Below are positions 59,491 through 64,000 of a stretch of DNA of 64,000 nucleotides, one piece after another; the first letter of the stretch is position 1, and the number at the start of each line of letters is the position of its first letter. Source of the stretch: a bacterium (lineage in GTDB: Bacteria > Patescibacteriota > Microgenomatia > JAMCZE01); assembly GCA_021836035.1 (NCBI GenBank), contig JAKBJL010000003.1, positions 68,135 to 132,134 on the forward strand. Reading direction: 5' to 3'. The position numbers and the translations under genes are program-made. The notes beneath the pieces were generated by a model that did no database searches, was not told the origin of the DNA, and saw only the letters and a list, made by a program, of their open reading frames with translations.

Positions 59491-60846
59491 TTATCTACTG
59501 TCAATTTTAACGCCGGCGGTACGTAGATCACGAACAAGGCTAGAATAACCGCGTTGTATTTGGGGATAATTTTTAATTATCGTTTTGGCACTTCTTCCCA
59601 ACGCTCCTACTAATAACGCTGCGCCTGAGCGAATATCTGTGGCTTCAACGGTCACCACTTCGGAATTATCAGAAGCAGTTCCTTCGATGCTAACTCCGTT
59701 GCCTCTTGTCTCTAATTTATAGCCCATCAAATTTAATCCTGTGACGTGGGCCGAACGTTTGTCATAAACATTATCGATAATAACACTGTTTCCCCGACAC
59801 CCCGCGAGGGCGGCAGAGAGCAATGGCCCCATATCAGAAGGAAATCCAGGCCAGACATCACAGATAATTTCTCCGGGGTGGATAATATCACTTTTATTAA
59901 CCGAAAATCTGGTGCCTTCAACTGAACCTTCAAAATCAACACCTATTGTCTTGAGCAAGCGGGCTAAAAATTCTGGTAGATTGCCAATTTCTTTTAATTT
60001 GATTTTGCCTCCGGCAGCCAAAAGACAAGCAATATAAGTAAAAGCGGCTGTGAAGTCCGGGGGTAGGTCAAGTTCAGGATTTTTATGACTCTTACTTTTT
60101 GCGCGGCCTATTGTAATTGTCCGGTCTACAATATTAATTTTCTTATTGGTTGCAAGCTCAACGTATCGAGCTAGTGTGATTACGGCAGGCTCTAAAGCAC
60201 AATTATGAAGGGTGATAGGTTTATCATAAGCTAGACTGGCGATTAGAGCATGACAGGTAACCCCAACACTTGGTCCGTATTTTTGTGTGGAGCAACCAAA
60301 GTTAACTTCTTCGGGTTGTTCGGCTAGTGTGGCGATGTATTGATCGGCTTTCGTTTCAATTCTGACGCCAAAAGTGCGCATCAAATCAAAATGCCGATCG
60401 ATTTTTCTTTCGGTAAAATTGCAACCGCCTGTTCCTTTAAAAACGGTTCTTCCGTGCCTTATTGATTGTGCCGTAACGAGACAAATATTGCTTCTGGTGT
60501 CCCCAAGTTCTGACAAATCAACAGGGTGCTTGTTAGTAAAGTCTGGTTCAATAGTTAGGGCATTGTCTGTAAAATCAACGTCAGCGACGCTATTGGAGCC
60601 GACCCAATTCAGGATCCGTGTTACGTCTCCGCAGAGGTGGATGTTTTTAATTCTTGTCCTACCCTCTGAAGCCAGCGCTGCAAGTAGTAAATGGACAGAA
60701 GCTATTTTATCGCCGGGTACGACTATCTCCCCAGCCATAGGATTTCCGGGAGTGATTGTTATTTCACTTATAGAACTTTCTGATTCTAGTTTTGGGATTA
60801 CCATAAATCTAGAGTTTATTGTAATATGTACTATAAGCTTGGTCAA
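59491..60846 (-). CDS. murA: UDP-N-acetylglucosamine 1-carboxyvinyltransferase-like (MurA/EPSP-synthase fold)
   Basis: Active-site Cys motif KGTGGCNFTERKIDRHFDLM. C-terminal MurA blocks PGFPSDMG, TDIRSGAALLVGAL and IQRGYS. Confidence 0.7.
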   Translation of the reverse strand: MTKLIVHITINSRFMVIPKLESESSISEITITPGNPMAGEIVVPGDKIASVHLLLAALASEGRTRIKNIHLCGDVTRILNWVGSNSVADVDFTDNALTIEPDFTNKHPVDLSELGDTRSNICLVTAQSIRHGRTVFKGTGGCNFTERKIDRHFDLMRTFGVRIETKADQYIATLAEQPEEVNFGCSTQKYGPSVGVTCHALIASLAYDKPITLHNCALEPAVITLARYVELATNKKINIVDRTITIGRAKSKSHKNPELDLPPDFTAAFTYIACLLAAGGKIKLKEIGNLPEFLARLLKTIGVDFEGSVEGTRFSVNKSDIIHPGEIICDVWPGFPSDMGPLLSAALAGCRGNSVIIDNVYDKRSAHVTGLNLMGYKLETRGNGVSIEGTASDNSEVVTVEATDIRSGAALLVGALGRSAKTIIKNYPQIQRGYSSLVRDLRTAGVKIDSR

Positions 60847-61098
60847 TCTGAACGGAAAATAGGTTATAATTACATGGAGTAGCGAAATGAAGATATGTTG
60901 AGTGTCGGGACGGGGTCAGCATAGCTCCAACTCCGCAAGACCTCCACTTTAGCTTCGATTTTCAACTTCCACCTTTAATGAAGGGTCGGGTAATTGCCAC
61001 AAGAGACGAATTGGGACGGATTAAGCGGTCCGAAGTCCCACCTATGCCACTTTACGCGCAACTTGCTGTAATTAGGGGTATACCCCATAAGTGAACTT

Positions 61099-61474
61099 AT
61101 GCAATGCCAATTCATAAAACCAGAGGGGAAACAATGTGGAGCTCAAGCAATGAAGGAGACAACCTTTTGCTTTAGCCATAATCCTGAAACCCAGGAGGAA
61201 AAGTTGTTAGCTGTTTCCAAAGGCGGCCACAATAGTAGAACTCTTGAATTGGACCTTCCGGCAATTACTCTTAAATACACCGGAGCAGGTAGTTAAGCTT
61301 TTGGAGGACACCATCAACGAAGTTCGCAGCGGAAATATCCCACCCAATATTGCTAACACGGTTGGTTATTTAGCCGGACACTTACTAAAAGCTATAGAGG
61401 TTAGCAGTATCGATAAACGCTTGGAAATTGTCGAAAGTGTCTTAATCCAACGAAAAGCCAAATTTAGGAGGTAA
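61099..61474 (+). CDS. Small zinc-finger protein, apparently frameshifted (61099..61296 and 61244..61474)
   Basis: Cys-x8-Cys...C.SH N-terminus. The two track ORFs overlap in different frames and would join into one product of about 125 aa. Confidence 0.35.
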
Positions 61475-61476
61475 CC

Positions 61477-61698
61477 ATGAGTGCATTAAATCTTGCCAAA
61501 ACATCAACACTTATGACTGCAACCGAAAGGGCAAAGATGGTCATTACTTTACAGTTAAAAGCACTTAAAGAAGTAAGTGATAAAAAAATTAACGAGGAGA
61601 ATTTGTTTGACCATAACTCACCGGTTTCACTGACAAATATCCAAATTGAGCAAATTGTAAACGGCTGCCCCAGTTCACAAGGTGCCAATCAAGTATAA
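61477..61698 (+). CDS. Hypothetical small protein (73 aa)
   Basis: Open frame 2 nt after the previous stop. Confidence 0.3.
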   Translation: MSALNLAKTSTLMTATERAKMVITLQLKALKEVSDKKINEENLFDHNSPVSLTNIQIEQIVNGCPSSQGANQV

Positions 61699-61775
61699 TT
61701 TTTTCCACGAAACCAGAACGAAGTGTTCCAAAAGCAGAGAAAACTTTCTACAATAGTCCTAAACATAGAATTAAT

Positions 61776-64000
61776 ATGGAGTACACTCAAGAACCATCCG
61801 GTGTGGGTTCTAGGGTTGGTCGGTTTCGCGAAAACCTGAATTTGTCGCTTCATGCTCCAGAACCAATAGCTCCTTGTACTGCCTATTTCTACGAGAAGCT
61901 ATTCAGAAGAGGTAAACCAATCGCTCCTAAGATTGCAGAAAACCTCAGACGAGTGGAGGCTTATCGGGTGCGCGGAAAATACAATGACGATACAGCTAAA
62001 GTTGTTGCTTCTGAGTATCGAGCGTTGGGTTATCTTTATGGAGATAGGGAAACAACATCTGCAGACGGGCTCCCGGAAAACCCATTGATTGATATTCTTA
62101 CTCTTATCTCTGGACCTGGTTACAAACCGGGGATACATTTCCAACTTGCTGTTACGGGACCGCCAGAGCAAATAGAACGGTACAGAAATGTTGACCCTAG
62201 TGCTAAACAGGATCAGTATTCTTATTCTGAAAATAAACTGGGAGAGAGGAAAGTTTTTCGGACCTTGTCTCGCTTTGGAGATACTCAAGGAACAATAGCG
62301 CGGGGGCTACATATCTTTGCCAGAATTACAGATCGCTATCCTGAACTTTTGAAACCTACACTAGAAGAATACGTAAAAACAGTGACAAAAGGAGAGGGAA
62401 ACACCACCGGTATGGCCGTTGGAATGTTAGAGTTACTGTTTAATATGGACTTAATCCAGGATCCTAGATTTTCCCATTTGAGCTCCTCACTACGCAATAT
62501 GGTGCTTAATGATGCGGGCGACATCGAGAATCTGAAACAACAGTACTTCTATCGTGTTACAGAATATAACCCATTTTGGTTAGACGGCGAAAGGGAGATT
62601 AAGCATACAAGAGCGGTTCTTTATGGTGCTGAAAAAACGGAGGTTGAGCCTGAAGCTGCATTACCACTCGCTTTCCCAGAATCAGATCAATGGGATTACG
62701 CGGTGAGGAAGCGAGCTGAGGCAGTAGCAACTATTACCGAACTTACACCAGCCACTTCCATTACTAGATCAGCTCAAAAATCTGAGCGCACATTGGATAC
62801 ATTTACATCTGACCTTCGCAATACAATACGCCAAAAGTCGGAATTAGTTGAAGCTATAAGACTGCAAAATCAACGGCTGCCATTTGAACTTCGAAGGACC
62901 TGGGAAACTTGGCTGGAAAATTTCAGTAAAGACAGGAAAACAACACCCTCAGACGTGATGCTTATTGAGGGTGCTGTAAAGTTGATTATGGGCAACTTCG
63001 TCACGGACAGGAATCTTTCCAGAAAATCGGCTAATCACGCTACCAGTGCAGAAAATCAAGTTTATAAAATCGATCAGGAAGCTCTTCTGCGAGATCCACT
63101 ATTTAACTGGGTTTTTGCACTGAGAGACGACAAGTTGGCAGCCAGTTTTGAAAAGGGCGCAGCAGCTCATCCCGAGGAATTTTCTCTGCTTCTTCGTCTC
63201 ATGACGTATGATACTGCTGCAAGATTTCTTCGTAAAAAAGAGGCAAAGTTTCTGTTTGACCCTCATTATAAAGAGAAGGTTGACCCAGAGACAATGGTCA
63301 AGATTGTCCGAGGCCTGCGAGATTTAGTGAACAGACACCGCCCAGATATTAAGAATATCTTCCTGGAAACTATAGGTGAGGGTGACAAACAAATTGGAGA
63401 CTTGATGGAGAAAAAGCGTGTCGCAAAGGTCAAAAAGAACCTGAACACTCTCACTTATGAAGAACCGGTGCCGTTAGTGCAAGTGGATAAATCAAAAAAA
63501 ATGAATCGAAGAGCTTTTCTAAAAACCATGGGCTATACGGCAGTAGCCTTAGGAACTGCCGGTACTTACTGCGGGATAATAAAGTACACTTTCGACCAAG
63601 GTGGCAAAGAGAACTCTGACTTTGCCAAGGTAGACGCACTTATCAAAAATTCCTTACGTTCAATTGATAACGTTCGAAATAGAACTCCCGACGCAATAAA
63701 GTCAGGGGAATTAAAACTGCTCCGGCCGTTCTTTTACGGGTTTATTCTTAACCTTCCAAGAAAATATTTTTCCGGCGCTGATGGTGAAGATATCGGATAT
63801 TTCCCAGTGCGATGGTTAGAATTTGGGCAGTATGACTACTTTGACTCTGATAAACAGAAAACCCCATTTAGCAATGTCCTGGTAGTTGATTCACTTGCGA
63901 AGGCAAACTTGAGGTTTCAATCTGACCAATTAGTCATTTATCCAAAGGAACTTACCACGACGATGCTTCCCCCCGTGGGATGGAAAATTGTACAGGTGGT
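61776..64000 (+). CDS. Large uncharacterised protein (at least 741 aa; 3' end beyond the window) with an internal twin-arginine-like motif and TM segment
   Basis: The frame is open from ATG 61776 to the window end; it was checked codon by codon with no stops. It is absent from the ORF track because no stop falls in the window. At about aa 575: KKMNRRAFLKTMGYTAVALGTAGTYCG. Confidence 0.5.
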   Translation, partial: MEYTQEPSGVGSRVGRFRENLNLSLHAPEPIAPCTAYFYEKLFRRGKPIAPKIAENLRRVEAYRVRGKYNDDTAKVVASEYRALGYLYGDRETTSADGLPENPLIDILTLISGPGYKPGIHFQLAVTGPPEQIERYRNVDPSAKQDQYSYSENKLGERKVFRTLSRFGDTQGTIARGLHIFARITDRYPELLKPTLEEYVKTVTKGEGNTTGMAVGMLELLFNMDLIQDPRFSHLSSSLRNMVLNDAGDIENLKQQYFYRVTEYNPFWLDGEREIKHTRAVLYGAEKTEVEPEAALPLAFPESDQWDYAVRKRAEAVATITELTPATSITRSAQKSERTLDTFTSDLRNTIRQKSELVEAIRLQNQRLPFELRRTWETWLENFSKDRKTTPSDVMLIEGAVKLIMGNFVTDRNLSRKSANHATSAENQVYKIDQEALLRDPLFNWVFALRDDKLAASFEKGAAAHPEEFSLLLRLMTYDTAARFLRKKEAKFLFDPHYKEKVDPETMVKIVRGLRDLVNRHRPDIKNIFLETIGEGDKQIGDLMEKKRVAKVKKNLNTLTYEEPVPLVQVDKSKKMNRRAFLKTMGYTAVALGTAGTYCGIIKYTFDQGGKENSDFAKVDALIKNSLRSIDNVRNRTPDAIKSGELKLLRPFFYGFILNLPRKYFSGADGEDIGYFPVRWLEFGQYDYFDSDKQKTPFSNVLVVDSLAKANLRFQSDQLVIYPKELTTTMLPPVGWKIVQV

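Noticed and set aside
1-64000. Alternative genetic code (UGA recoding, as in some CPR lineages)
   Set aside because: TGA terminates rarA, pyrG and other conserved genes exactly where homologues end, and TAA/TAG are also used as stops. Gene boundaries are coherent under the standard bacterial code.
53300-64000. Integrative mobile element or prophage explanation for the terminal island
   Set aside because: No integrase, transposase, capsid or terminase signatures and no tRNA target were found. Only repeats and pseudogenes are present, so the call is left as a compositional island.

Overview
This 64 kb window is a gene-dense bacterial chromosome segment with moderate GC, short intergenic spacers and frequent 4-nt start/stop overlaps. 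Several traits are consistent with a small-genome lineage such as Patescibacteria/CPR (inference): ProRS without an editing insert, a short EF-Ts, N/K-rich low-complexity inserts in housekeeping proteins, and absence of pyrH from the rpsB-tsf-frr cluster. TGA, TAA and TAG all act as stops at sensible gene ends, so the standard bacterial code applies. Positions 1-34,000 are a syntenic housekeeping block. It runs rarA, mreBCD-mrdA, a decayed dprA, topA, pyrG, a thymidylate module (dut, long tandem-domain ThyX-like protein, tmk, glyA, small ORF, folD), rpsB-tsf-frr, rseP, proS, dinB plus an SRAP peptidase, a P-type ATPase, HIT, rpsU, an interrupted yqeY, ybeY, dnaX-ybaB-recR, a DUF59 protein, ldcA and cysS. 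From about 36 kb onward the content is accessory. It contains an ATP-cone/restriction-endonuclease-fold operon, a permease-cupredoxin fusion with CopZ, a PEBP protein, a phosphoribosyltransferase, beta-lactamase-fold hydrolases, a GNAT, an ABC-2 exporter, a GSCFA protein, a MurA-type enolpyruvyl transferase and many unrecognised ORFs. The last ~9-11 kb (about 53.3-64 kb) is more AT-rich and carries decayed genes: a thermonuclease, an amber-interrupted ORF pair and a frameshifted zinc-finger ORF. It also holds a two-gene cassette flanked by ~30-bp direct repeats containing the palindrome CGCACGTGCG, and ends in an open >740-codon ORF with an internal twin-arginine-like motif. No CRISPR array, rRNA, convincing tRNA, integrase or transposase was found. 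Recurrent short sequence elements are described in the findings (AATAAAG-type AT-rich blocks, CTTTACGCTATA repeats, a palindromic tandem repeat inside recR).
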